Notes: generated by a model from the sequence alone, not told the origin. DNA of 64,000 nt from Spirochaetia bacterium (GCA_963675665.1 OY776510.1:3872001-3936000); one strand, 5' to 3'; counted from the first letter of the stretch, positions 51,023 through 60,020 are shown. Translations and numbers: made by a program.

Positions 51023-51640
51023 TTATTTAATCTTTTTCACTATATAATCAATATATACTTGTCGGATAAATTCACCTTCAAACATTCTTTCCAGAATTCT
51101 TTTTTCTTTGATTATCAATTTCATATCTTTAAAATATCTATCTGCTTCTATATCTTCATGAAACACGTGTATCACTTTATCATTATCCTCTTCTTGTTCA
51201 AATTCCATATTCCCTAATTCAATTCCAATTCCACACATAAAATCATCGACCGATAAAAAGTTAAGAAAAAGTAATCCATTAGTCTTTAAAACTCTTTTTA
51301 TCTCTATTATTGATTCTTCAATATCTTCTTTTTTCATATGAAATATGGAATTATAGGAATAAACAGCATCAAATTCTTGATCAGAATAAGGTAACTTTTT
51401 CATATTCCCTTTTATAATATTTAGTTCTTGATCTCTCAATTTTGAAAATTCATATGCAGCGTCTATTTGTTTGTCATTATTTTCGATACCATAAGTATCA
51501 TATCCATATTCTTTAAACAAACTTAATGGCGGTTGATTGCCACCTGCACCACAATCTAATATTTTTTTGTCAGAACATTCACTATTACATATACTTAGAA
51601 ATCTATACAAAGGAATTTGTCTAAATACTTGTTTCATCAA
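51023..51640 (-). CDS. Class I SAM-dependent methyltransferase
   Basis: ILDCGAGG, GNMKKLPY....FDAV, IKRVLK.NG. Confidence 0.9.
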   Translation of the reverse strand: MMKQVFRQIPLYRFLSICNSECSDKKILDCGAGGNQPPLSLFKEYGYDTYGIENNDKQIDAAYEFSKLRDQELNIIKGNMKKLPYSDQEFDAVYSYNSIFHMKKEDIEESIIEIKRVLKTNGLLFLNFLSVDDFMCGIGIELGNMEFEQEEDNDKVIHVFHEDIEADRYFKDMKLIIKEKRILERMFEGEFIRQVYIDYIVKKIK

Positions 51641-51891
51641 TTAACCTCATTTTCTTATTACATATTTGAAATCATACATATATTTCATATTTATTAATTT
51701 TATCAACTATTTCACGAAGTCTGAATCACCCCTAAATGACCCACATATTTGTTACATTCCTTAAAGATGAATTTATAATTCCGTATAACATATTATGCTT
51801 AGTGTTTTACTTAAATACTATTAAATTCTTCTCCTGCCAGCCATGGATGGCAGGCTCTTCCTTAAAAAATCCCAACCAAGAAAGAAATTGC

Positions 51892-51912
51892 ATCTAACTC
51901 AGTTTTATACGC
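51892..51912 (-). other. attI-like site at the head of the array
   Basis: Minus strand GCGTATAAAACTGA-GTTAGATG followed by the conserved cassette leader, with no attC body upstream. Resembles attI1 TAAAACAAAGTT. Confidence 0.55.
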
Positions 51913-52100
51913 AATAGCGAACAATGTATCAGCAATAATGCCCAATTGCAGGTGATCTCCTATAAAACCCCATAACTGCATTATTTGCTTTTATTCTTCC
52001 GGCAGTATAACTCCTGCGTTTTTACCTTGCAAAATTATACACCCGTAAAATGTATATATCAAATTAGCATTTAACTCATATTCCTTTGTAATACAATGAA

Positions 52101-52472
52101 TTACACCACGAACCGCCGCCATACAACACGCTGATTATGGAAATTTATTAAATACCCAACCCTGATGCCGGACAGCTTCAAATAATTAATTAACTGCGCT
52201 TCCATAGCCGGTGTAAACTGGGCTACAGATTTAAGCTCAAGAATGATTTTATTTTCCACAACCATGTCGGCAATATAAGCGCTGGCCAACTCATTACGGT
52301 AATAAACCGGGTAAACATGCTGCCTGCTTATTTGAAGCCCCATATGCCTGAATTCAATAACCAGGGCCCCCTCATACGCCGACTCAAGCAGCCCCGGGCC
52401 AAGTGAATTATGCACCGCAAACGCAGCACCCAGAACCATGTTTGATAAATCCTTTTCATAAATAGCTGACAT
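52101..52472 (-). CDS. GxxExxY protein (PD-(D/E)XK-like)
   Basis: LGPGLLESAYE, ADMVVE..IILELK, QLINYL, G.LINF. Confidence 0.95.
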   Translation of the reverse strand: MSAIYEKDLSNMVLGAAFAVHNSLGPGLLESAYEGALVIEFRHMGLQISRQHVYPVYYRNELASAYIADMVVENKIILELKSVAQFTPAMEAQLINYLKLSGIRVGYLINFHNQRVVWRRFVV

Positions 52473-52787
52473 ATACAGCCTCCTGTTTTTATAAAACAGT
52501 CACCTGCAAGCGATGAGCAGTCAAGGGTTCGGAGAACTTGCCTTGCCCTTGACGGCGAAGAGCGGAAGGTACAATGAAAAAACCTGGAGGAAGGAAAAGA
52601 TGTATAAACCACCGATGAAAAAGATAGCCACAGATAATCAAGAGACAGATAAAAATTACAGTTTTATAAAACTTCAGCTTTCGAAGCCTTCCCTGGATGT
52701 GCCGAACGTTTAGTTATTCGCCGACAGGGGAATAACTAATCCCCAAATTATCAAGGGAAATTGCTTCGGTAATTTTTCATGATGATA

Positions 52788-52830
52788 ATCTTCTTAATCC
52801 GTGAAATCAGTGGTTCAATAACTCTCTTCA
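52788..52830. repeat. 43-bp exact direct repeat, copy 1
   Basis: ATCTTCTTAATCCGTGAAATCAGTGGTTCAATAACTCTCTTCA; identical to 53927-53969. Confidence 0.9.
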
Positions 52831-52854
52831 TCATCATCTTCAATAAAGAAAAAA

Positions 52855-53202
52855 CTATTCACTGGCAGGATCAAGAAGCTTAACATAATCTTCACGCGGA
52901 TAAGTAAAAACCTCAATTGCAACAGAATCTTCCAGGATCTCAGCCCTGTGTTCAATTCCCTTGTTTATACACCAGCTGTCTCCGGGTTTCATCTCCCAGG
53001 GCCTGCCCCCGATATGAACAATAATATTGCCCGAAACAAGAAAACCGATCTGCTCATAATCAGCATGGGCATGGGGCGGAAGAACAGCCCCCTTCTTCAT
53101 CCGGAACTCGCTCATCAGGGAATCCTCGCCAATTACCGAAGTCTTCACATCGACCCCCTCAAGAGCAGATACAAAATTGTCATCGTTGTGTCTGTTAACC
53201 AT
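52855..53202 (-). CDS. Cupin domain protein
   Basis: PPHAH..EQIG..VSG, PGDSW.I..GIEH, EVF..PREDY. Confidence 0.9.
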   Translation of the reverse strand: MVNRHNDDNFVSALEGVDVKTSVIGEDSLMSEFRMKKGAVLPPHAHADYEQIGFLVSGNIIVHIGGRPWEMKPGDSWCINKGIEHRAEILEDSVAIEVFTYPREDYVKLLDPASE

Positions 53203-53255
53203 AAAATCCTCATTAATAAAATATTTGTCTTGCCTACCGGTCCCGGTCTTTCTTA

Positions 53256-53894
53256 TTAATCCAGGTAGGCCCTTACAGCTATTGAAAACTCAACCTGGGA
53301 CGGCCCCGTTTTTTTCTCTTTTGCAGGGAACTGCCTGTCGAAGTTCTCAACATCAGCCGGATCCAAATCATAAACCGGGCTGCAGAAAAACCTGCGCCTT
53401 CGCCCGTCGAATGCACTCTTATCAAGCTCGCATGCCAGCTGCCCGAACGGAAACCTGCCTTCAGAATTGCTGATATTAAAATCCCGTGAATTAATAAAAC
53501 CGTGCCTGCAGTAGTTGTACGGATGCCCAAGGATAATAATTCCCTTCTCCCCCATAGACTTCGCAAGCTCCATGGTTTTTCCGATCAATGCGGAACCCAC
53601 ACCCCTGTGCTGGAATTCAGGCAGAACGCAGACCGGCCCGAACGTAAGCGTATCAAGCCGGTTGCTCTCATCATCAAGAACAAACGACCTGGTGTACATA
53701 ATATTACCGATTACCCTGCCGTCAAGTTCGGCGACATAGTCCAGTTCAGGAATAAAATCGCCGTGGTTTCTAAGCACATGCACAAGGTAGTGCTCCTCGC
53801 ATCCAGGGAAATAAAGGTTCCAGAACGCCTCGCGTGTAACCTCTTCTACCGTGCGGAAATCTTCCGGCTTTTCTCTTCTTATACTAACATTCAT
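53256..53894 (-). CDS. GNAT family N-acetyltransferase (YhbS-like)
   Basis: TREAFWN..PGC.EHYL, FGPVCVLPEFQHRGVG. Confidence 0.92.
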   Translation of the reverse strand: MNVSIRREKPEDFRTVEEVTREAFWNLYFPGCEEHYLVHVLRNHGDFIPELDYVAELDGRVIGNIMYTRSFVLDDESNRLDTLTFGPVCVLPEFQHRGVGSALIGKTMELAKSMGEKGIIILGHPYNYCRHGFINSRDFNISNSEGRFPFGQLACELDKSAFDGRRRRFFCSPVYDLDPADVENFDRQFPAKEKKTGPSQVEFSIAVRAYLD

Positions 53895-53926
53895 ATCAGT
53901 CCCCGATTTTGATGATTTTATCATAC

Positions 53927-53969
53927 ATCTTCTTAATCCGTGAAATCAGTGGTTCAATAACTCTCTTCA
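53927..53969. repeat. 43-bp exact direct repeat, copy 2
   Basis: Identical to 52788-52830. Confidence 0.9.
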
Positions 53970-53983
53970 GCAATCATTCAGTC

Positions 53984-54205
53984 CTAGAAATTTGTAATAT
54001 AAAGACCAACCAGCTTTTCGTTTATAACCCCTGCAATTCGTACCGCATCATCGTAATCAGCGCTTTTGTCGAGAATCATACCAATGCTCGCCTTTTCAAG
54101 GCCCGGAAAATTCGGCTCGCCAGTTACCTCGAAAACGATAAAGGGATTGCCCTTAGCCGTCTCCTTAACAACAGCCCTGTGCCTTCCTGTAAAAGTATTA
54201 GCCAT
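53984..54205 (-). CDS. Small hypothetical protein
   Basis: GGGGGG RBS-like sequence before MANTFTG; 73 aa. Confidence 0.55.
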   Translation of the reverse strand: MANTFTGRHRAVVKETAKGNPFIVFEVTGEPNFPGLEKASIGMILDKSADYDDAVRIAGVINEKLVGLYITNF

Positions 54206-54440
54206 AAACACCCCCCGCTTATTAAAAAATATCATATATCTACTTTATTTTCTTAACCAGTGTTTCAATAAACCTCTTCATCTCAGAAATTTGAAATATA
54301 AACCTCGGAAGCGGTTTAAGAATTATTTGATCCTAAAATTATTATAAAATCTTTTTCTACTCATTCAAAAAAAACCAAAATATCGCTTCCGAAATGTCAG
54401 TAAGGTTAAATTTAATAGTGCTGTCTTCATCAAGTATTTC

Positions 54441-54469
54441 TTGCACGATCAGACAATCAATAGTATTAT
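54441..54469 (+). promoter_or_regulatory. Sigma70-like promoter
   Basis: TTGCAC-N17-TATTAT, implying a ~180-nt 5' UTR. Confidence 0.5.
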
Positions 54470-54653
54470 ATTTTCAAGCCGGATCAGCCGGCAAATCGGC
54501 CGTCCCGAACAACCGGGGGTTTACGGAGGTGAGAACTAAAAAAAATAACTCGATAATTCAAATCGGAGTTGTTTTGACAGTTTCACCGGCTAAATAACAT
54601 TACATTGTCAACATCACTCCAAACACACCAAAAACCCAAAAGGAAGGATAACC

Positions 54654-55880
54654 ATGAAACGAGTAATGATATTGGGAACCGGCGCCCAGGGAAGCGCAAT
54701 AGCAAAACTACTGGATAAGGAATCGAATGTAGCAGAAATAATCTGCGCTGATTACGATCTGAAAGCGGCGGAAACCCTCATCAAAAGCCTGTCCAGGGCA
54801 AAAGCGGTTCAAGTAAACGCAAAAAAAGTTGAAGACATCGTCAGGGCAGGCAGAGGCGCCGACATAATAGTCAACGGTCTGCCGATCAGCTTCAACCTCA
54901 CGGTAATGGAAGCAGCTCTTGAACTGAAAGCACACTACCAGGATTTATGCATGACCGAACTGGAAGGGCTTGATTCAATAGAATCAACAAAATACATGTT
55001 CACCGAAATGAACCGGCGCTTTAAAGAAGCCGGAGTTCTAGCGCTGACAAATACCGGATCGGCGCCCGGCCTTGCAAATGTTGTAGTCAGGGAAACCGCC
55101 GAAAAATTCGATTCGGTTGATACAATTGAAATAAACGTATACGAAGGCGTTTGGTCAAAAAGGTTTGTGCCGTTCTGGTGGTCGCCCGATGTGGCCTTTT
55201 CCGATATGACTGAAAACCCGATACGCTTTGAAAACGGCAGACATGTCTTTACAAAGCAGTTTGATAATCCCGTCATGATGGAATTCCCGGGAATAGCCAA
55301 ACCCGTTAGAATGGTCGACCACTCTCACGAAGAACCCGTAACAATGGGGCTTAATGCTCAAAAATACCTTAAAGGCGCAAAGAATATTATATTCCGGTAC
55401 GGGGGGCCGCATATTGAGCTGTCAGAGGCGCTGTTTAAAATGGGATTTCTGTCGCATAAAAAACGCAGTTTTAAGGGAATTGAATATGTCCCGTTCGACC
55501 TTGTTATAGAACACGCGCCTCCCGCTCCAAAATACAGGGAAGAAATAAAGGAAATAATCGACGAGGGATTGATTAGCGAAGAAGGCTCATTTCAGATTAT
55601 TGTCGATGGGATTAAAGACGGCAAACCGCGCAAGGCAACGGTCTATGTAAATTCTCCTGGGCTGCTTGAAGCTTTCGAAAAATCCGGAATAAGCCATGAA
55701 GCTTATCTTACCGGACAAAGCGCGTTTATCTTCACAAAAATGATGGTTACTGATGCGGTAAAACAGACGGGATTAATCTCTCCTGAGGTTCTTGAAACTG
55801 ACGCGCGGAGGTTCTTCTTTGATGAAGCGGCAAAACTGGAAATAACCTTCGACGAGATAACCGAACAGAAGGTTAATTAA
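54654..55880 (+). CDS. Saccharopine dehydrogenase family oxidoreductase (lysine 6-dehydrogenase or carboxynorspermidine dehydrogenase-like)
   Basis: ILGTGAQG, IICAD, HYQDL, GSAPGLAN, WSP, HEE. Confidence 0.85.
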   Translation: MKRVMILGTGAQGSAIAKLLDKESNVAEIICADYDLKAAETLIKSLSRAKAVQVNAKKVEDIVRAGRGADIIVNGLPISFNLTVMEAALELKAHYQDLCMTELEGLDSIESTKYMFTEMNRRFKEAGVLALTNTGSAPGLANVVVRETAEKFDSVDTIEINVYEGVWSKRFVPFWWSPDVAFSDMTENPIRFENGRHVFTKQFDNPVMMEFPGIAKPVRMVDHSHEEPVTMGLNAQKYLKGAKNIIFRYGGPHIELSEALFKMGFLSHKKRSFKGIEYVPFDLVIEHAPPAPKYREEIKEIIDEGLISEEGSFQIIVDGIKDGKPRKATVYVNSPGLLEAFEKSGISHEAYLTGQSAFIFTKMMVTDAVKQTGLISPEVLETDARRFFFDEAAKLEITFDEITEQKVN

Positions 55881-55888
55881 AACGGCTG

Positions 55889-57871
55889 TCAGACTGCCCC
55901 GGTAATTGTAAAAACTGTCTGCCTGGAATCAGACTCATAGTTAAAATCACCTTTCAGCTGCGCCGCCAGGATTCCGACAAGTCTAAAGCCGAAACCCCTG
56001 ATTCCTTCTTTTTTATAATCCGAGGGCAGCAGCAGGCCGTTGTTCCAAACCTTCATCTCGTACTGAGATTCTTTTTCCAGAAAGGAAATTCCGAGCTGAT
56101 AGTTGCCGCCCTTTTTAAAAGCATATTTATATGCATTTGTCAAAAGTTCGTTCAGGATCAGGCCCCAGCATACAGCCTGATGCGAAGAGAGAGAAATATC
56201 ATTGAGCTCGGTCTTTAAATCAACGAAATATTCATCCGTCTGAAAAAAGTCTTTTATGGATTCAATTACATTCTCAAGAAAATCATTCATTCTGATTTTA
56301 TCGCTGTTAAACCTGGAGTATTCAAACATTGAATACAGGTCCGCAAAAGTTGTAATACGGTTTTGTACCGAAACAAGGACTTCTTTTACATCGCTGCTGT
56401 CAGCCACCATATGTTCCAGCTTAATAATCGACTGAATCATTGCAATTGAGTCTTTTATCTGGTGTTCCAGCTCGTCAAACATTGCATTCTGCTTATTCAG
56501 AGAATTGTTTAAATGCCTGCTTGTTTCTATATATTCCGTAATCTCCGAAAATGTAAGAACGGCCTGTTCAACCTTGCCTGTTCCGCCTGTAACCACTGGT
56601 TGGGCGCTGATTTTCAGCCAGTGATCAATATTCTTTCTGTTTGTAATCTTGAGAATAAAGTTGTTTACGTCCCTGCCGGTTGAAAAAACCAGGCTGCCGG
56701 GCAGGAGCTTTTCATCTGCGGGCTGATCATCTATATAACATTTGCTGAAAAGCAAATCCTTCTGTTTTCCGATAATTTCAATTGCACTGATCCCGAATAT
56801 TTTTTCAGCACCCTTGTTGCATGCCAGAACAACCTTGTCGCTGTTCAGCAGGATTATTCCGTCGTTTGATGAATTAAGAACTGAATCAAGAATTTTCTGG
56901 TTTTCCAGTAGCTTGTCTTCAACCAGTCTTCTTTTAATTGCGTCAGAAACAATATTTGTCAGTGATTCCATAAAATCATTGGACGGCAGCACTTCTTTAT
57001 CTTTATAGGCGAGTAAAACGGTTCCCAGAAGAATATCAGCCAGAGGGTCAACAATAGCCAGCACGATATACTGTTCAAAGCCCAATAACTTCTGCAGAAC
57101 TGCACTTATTTTGCCCGGAGCTGCCGTACCGTACGAGATATCATCAAAACTGTCGGCATACAAAACGGTTTTTTTCATCATCTCATTTTTAATATCATCA
57201 TTAATAGTAATGAGTCTTTTCATTTTATTGTTTATCAATTCAAGAAAGAAGTTTTTTCTTAAAGCCTGATGACCGCTCATTTGTGTCATATTCAAATACA
57301 CATTTTCGTTTTCTTTATAATATTCAGCATATCCGGTAAAATCCGCCCCTGTAATTTCCAGCATATTATCAAGAATAAACTGAATCAGATCATTCTGGGG
57401 CGGCAGAACGGATATTTTATGCGTAAAATCTGCCAGTTCCCTGTTGTACCGGTTCTGAACAAGAATTGCGTGTTCGGAATTCTTGCGCTGCGTAATATCA
57501 AGTAATGTGCTTAAATATCCTGCAGGTTCATTCGATTCGTTATAGATAAGTTTTGTCTCTATAACCGCGTAAATCTTTTTATTATTCTCTCCGGTAAAGG
57601 ATTGTTCGATCTGCAGCAGCTCTTTTTTACCGTCCATCAACAGCTTTAACTGCTTTTTTAAGTTATTGGCCCCGGTTACAGATATAATATCTTCAACAGA
57701 TTTGCCGCTGATATCTTCAACCGAATAGCCCAGAACACGTGCGAATTTTACATTGGCATAAACAAGCCTGAAGTCAAGAGACAAAACTGCCAGACCGATA
57801 TGAGTATTCCTGAAAAAACTCTGGAAAACACCCTCGCTGTCTGCATGAAAACTTTTAAGCAAATTTTCCAT
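55889..57871 (-). CDS. PAS-domain sensor histidine kinase (HisKA_2 type)
   Basis: Two PAS domains; H-box ELEHQIKDS; LNELLTNAYKYAF; GFGFRLV. Confidence 0.88.
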   Translation of the reverse strand: MENLLKSFHADSEGVFQSFFRNTHIGLAVLSLDFRLVYANVKFARVLGYSVEDISGKSVEDIISVTGANNLKKQLKLLMDGKKELLQIEQSFTGENNKKIYAVIETKLIYNESNEPAGYLSTLLDITQRKNSEHAILVQNRYNRELADFTHKISVLPPQNDLIQFILDNMLEITGADFTGYAEYYKENENVYLNMTQMSGHQALRKNFFLELINNKMKRLITINDDIKNEMMKKTVLYADSFDDISYGTAAPGKISAVLQKLLGFEQYIVLAIVDPLADILLGTVLLAYKDKEVLPSNDFMESLTNIVSDAIKRRLVEDKLLENQKILDSVLNSSNDGIILLNSDKVVLACNKGAEKIFGISAIEIIGKQKDLLFSKCYIDDQPADEKLLPGSLVFSTGRDVNNFILKITNRKNIDHWLKISAQPVVTGGTGKVEQAVLTFSEITEYIETSRHLNNSLNKQNAMFDELEHQIKDSIAMIQSIIKLEHMVADSSDVKEVLVSVQNRITTFADLYSMFEYSRFNSDKIRMNDFLENVIESIKDFFQTDEYFVDLKTELNDISLSSHQAVCWGLILNELLTNAYKYAFKKGGNYQLGISFLEKESQYEMKVWNNGLLLPSDYKKEGIRGFGFRLVGILAAQLKGDFNYESDSRQTVFTITGAV

Positions 57872-57886
57872 CTGAAATAAACCCTT

Positions 57887-58792
57887 CTATATTCGGGACT
57901 GCCTGGTAAACAGATTTACTCCCAACCCTGCAGCCGGCCATAAAAATGTAGTCCATAATCCTACCAGAGCATACCGGAAAAAATCAAACAGGTAATGTTC
58001 CGGAAGAATCAGTTTGACTCCCGCCATAATTCCGATGGCCCCCGCAAGACCGATAATGAATCGAATAACTTTTATTACCCACATTGAATCTGTTTCAGAA
58101 AAATAAATATAGCGCTCTTCAATAAAAAACCCGTAAACAGCACCTGCAGAAATACCCGATATCTTGAAAAAATCTTCAATCTTCATTGAGCCTTTGAACA
58201 ATGTTAAATCCAGGATCAAAACAATAATTGTAAGCAGAATAAAAACCGCCTGGATTCTCATAAATATTCTTTTCAGTTTTACATGATCATCATAATGATT
58301 ATCAATCAGGGAACAGAAAATATAGGCAACCGCTATCCCGATTATTACTGCCGCAACAACATCAACAGGCCAGTGAACGCCGAGATATACCCTTGATATA
58401 CCTACGAGCAGCAGAATTATTATTGCAATAATTGTAAACAGTCTCTTTCTGATAATCTGCGACAGCGTAATAAAAAAAGTGGTTGCTCCCTGGGTATGCC
58501 CGCTTGGAAATGAATACCCGGTAGCTGTTTCAATTCTTTTCCCGCTAATCGAACCCAGTTTTTCAAATGGCCTTGATGTGTGAAAAGTTATTTTAAGCAC
58601 AGCATTCACCATTGATGAAAAAATAAAGGCTGAAGCCAGTTTAAAACCTTCTTTCTTGGAGACATTCCAGTATATAAACGATATCACGATTATAAAGAAA
58701 TACTGCTCTCCCAGCATTGTAATCATCTCTGCCGCTTTATCGAGAACGGGCGTAGATATCTCCTGAAAGAATAGAAGAATCTGAGTCTGCAT
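57887..58792 (-). CDS. PAP2 family membrane phosphatase
   Basis: K....RP, SFPSGH, SRVYLGVHWP.D. Confidence 0.93.
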   Translation of the reverse strand: MQTQILLFFQEISTPVLDKAAEMITMLGEQYFFIIVISFIYWNVSKKEGFKLASAFIFSSMVNAVLKITFHTSRPFEKLGSISGKRIETATGYSFPSGHTQGATTFFITLSQIIRKRLFTIIAIIILLLVGISRVYLGVHWPVDVVAAVIIGIAVAYIFCSLIDNHYDDHVKLKRIFMRIQAVFILLTIIVLILDLTLFKGSMKIEDFFKISGISAGAVYGFFIEERYIYFSETDSMWVIKVIRFIIGLAGAIGIMAGVKLILPEHYLFDFFRYALVGLWTTFLWPAAGLGVNLFTRQSRI

Positions 58793-58879
58793 TATTACCT
58801 CGTTTCTGTTATTTATATTTTGTCCTCATTTTACCATAAAATAAACATTTTTGTATTAATATTGTAAATGATCATCAAA

Positions 58880-59938
58880 TTAACTGTATCCGGCCTTAAC
58901 ACCAAAAAGGCCTGCCCGGGGTGCCGTAAAATCGAAATCTTCCAGTTCCGGCAGTTTCAGGGCCGTTTCCTGTCTTGTAACAACAGGAAACCCGTAAAAC
59001 TGATTAGTATATTTTACCGCGCCTTTCTGGTCCTGATATTTTTTAATAAAACCGGTATGAGCCTGAAGCCTGTTCGCGTTATATTCGTCTGCTTCGGCAG
59101 CAGCTGTTGCTGCGGATTCTTTTATTATAACAGATAATTCCGCCTCAGTTTCATAACCGCAACATTCGCGACCGTTTACAACAGCGGCGGCAAGCGTTGT
59201 TCCGGTTCCCATGAACGGATCAATAACCTTGTCGCCCTGCAGCGAATACATATTTATCAACCGGTGAGGCAGCTCGAATGCAAAAGCGCCGCTGCGGTTT
59301 CTGCCTTCCCCGCCCGTCCCTTTTCGGGCTGCAAGCGGCTGCGAAACACCTTTGAGGTTCCATACATCGGAAAACCAAAGGTTGCGTTCTTCCCAGAAAA
59401 AAGCGCTTCTGCGTCGCAGCTTCTGCCCGGCGTCATTAAAAACACGCTTGCCGCCCTTTCGGAATATCAGAATATATTCATGTTCGAGCGTTACATAGGC
59501 TCCTGCAGGCAGCATTCCGGAACCCATATATTTTGTCGGAGAGTTGGTCGGTTTGAACCAGTGAATAATCGGCAGGCATTCAAACCCAAGCCCAATCATC
59601 TTCATGGTTATCCGTGAATGGTTCGGATACAGCCTGAAACCTTCACCCATCGTCCTTGTTGCGTCGCCCACGTTGATGCAGGCGAAAGAACCCGGTTTCA
59701 ATACCCGAAAACATTCGCTCCAGACCGAATCCAGAACCCGGTGCATGCTTTCAAAGGCGGCGTTTCCGTCATTCTGCTGTAATGCCCTGCCCGTTTCGAC
59801 AGACACACTGCTGAAACTGTTGTCCCACATTTCAATCATCGGATACGGAGGGGAAGTAACAACAAGATCCATGCTTCCGCTTTCAATCTCATCCATTGAT
59901 GTCGCACTTTTGAAAAAGACTCTGTTTTCAAGCTGCAT
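58880..59938 (-). CDS. Orphan DNA methyltransferase (beta class, N4-C/N6-A)
   Basis: VVTSPPY precedes DPFMGTGT; no restriction endonuclease adjacent. Confidence 0.9.
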   Translation of the reverse strand: MQLENRVFFKSATSMDEIESGSMDLVVTSPPYPMIEMWDNSFSSVSVETGRALQQNDGNAAFESMHRVLDSVWSECFRVLKPGSFACINVGDATRTMGEGFRLYPNHSRITMKMIGLGFECLPIIHWFKPTNSPTKYMGSGMLPAGAYVTLEHEYILIFRKGGKRVFNDAGQKLRRRSAFFWEERNLWFSDVWNLKGVSQPLAARKGTGGEGRNRSGAFAFELPHRLINMYSLQGDKVIDPFMGTGTTLAAAVVNGRECCGYETEAELSVIIKESAATAAAEADEYNANRLQAHTGFIKKYQDQKGAVKYTNQFYGFPVVTRQETALKLPELEDFDFTAPRAGLFGVKAGYS

Positions 59939-60020
59939 GGTTCAGATTACCAGTTAAGCTGAATATTGTCACTCGAATATTGCCTGCATGCAGTTTCTAT
60001 TGTATAAATAAACACCTGAT

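Larger units (their letters stand above)
34578..51912 (-). mobile_element. Integron-like cassette array without an adjacent integrase (CALIN-like, with attI-like site)
   Basis: Five ~146-149 nt TAAC...GTTA-bounded imperfect palindromes separate co-oriented minus-strand genes. No tyrosine recombinase in the ORF track. Confidence 0.85.

Noticed and set aside
51899-52472. Integron integrase next to the attI-like site
   Set aside because: Only a 123-aa GxxExxY gene is present; no tyrosine recombinase motifs.
54476-54600. Lysine riboswitch
   Set aside because: Lacks the AGAGGNGC, GAAAGG/GCCGAA and CTGTC conserved blocks.
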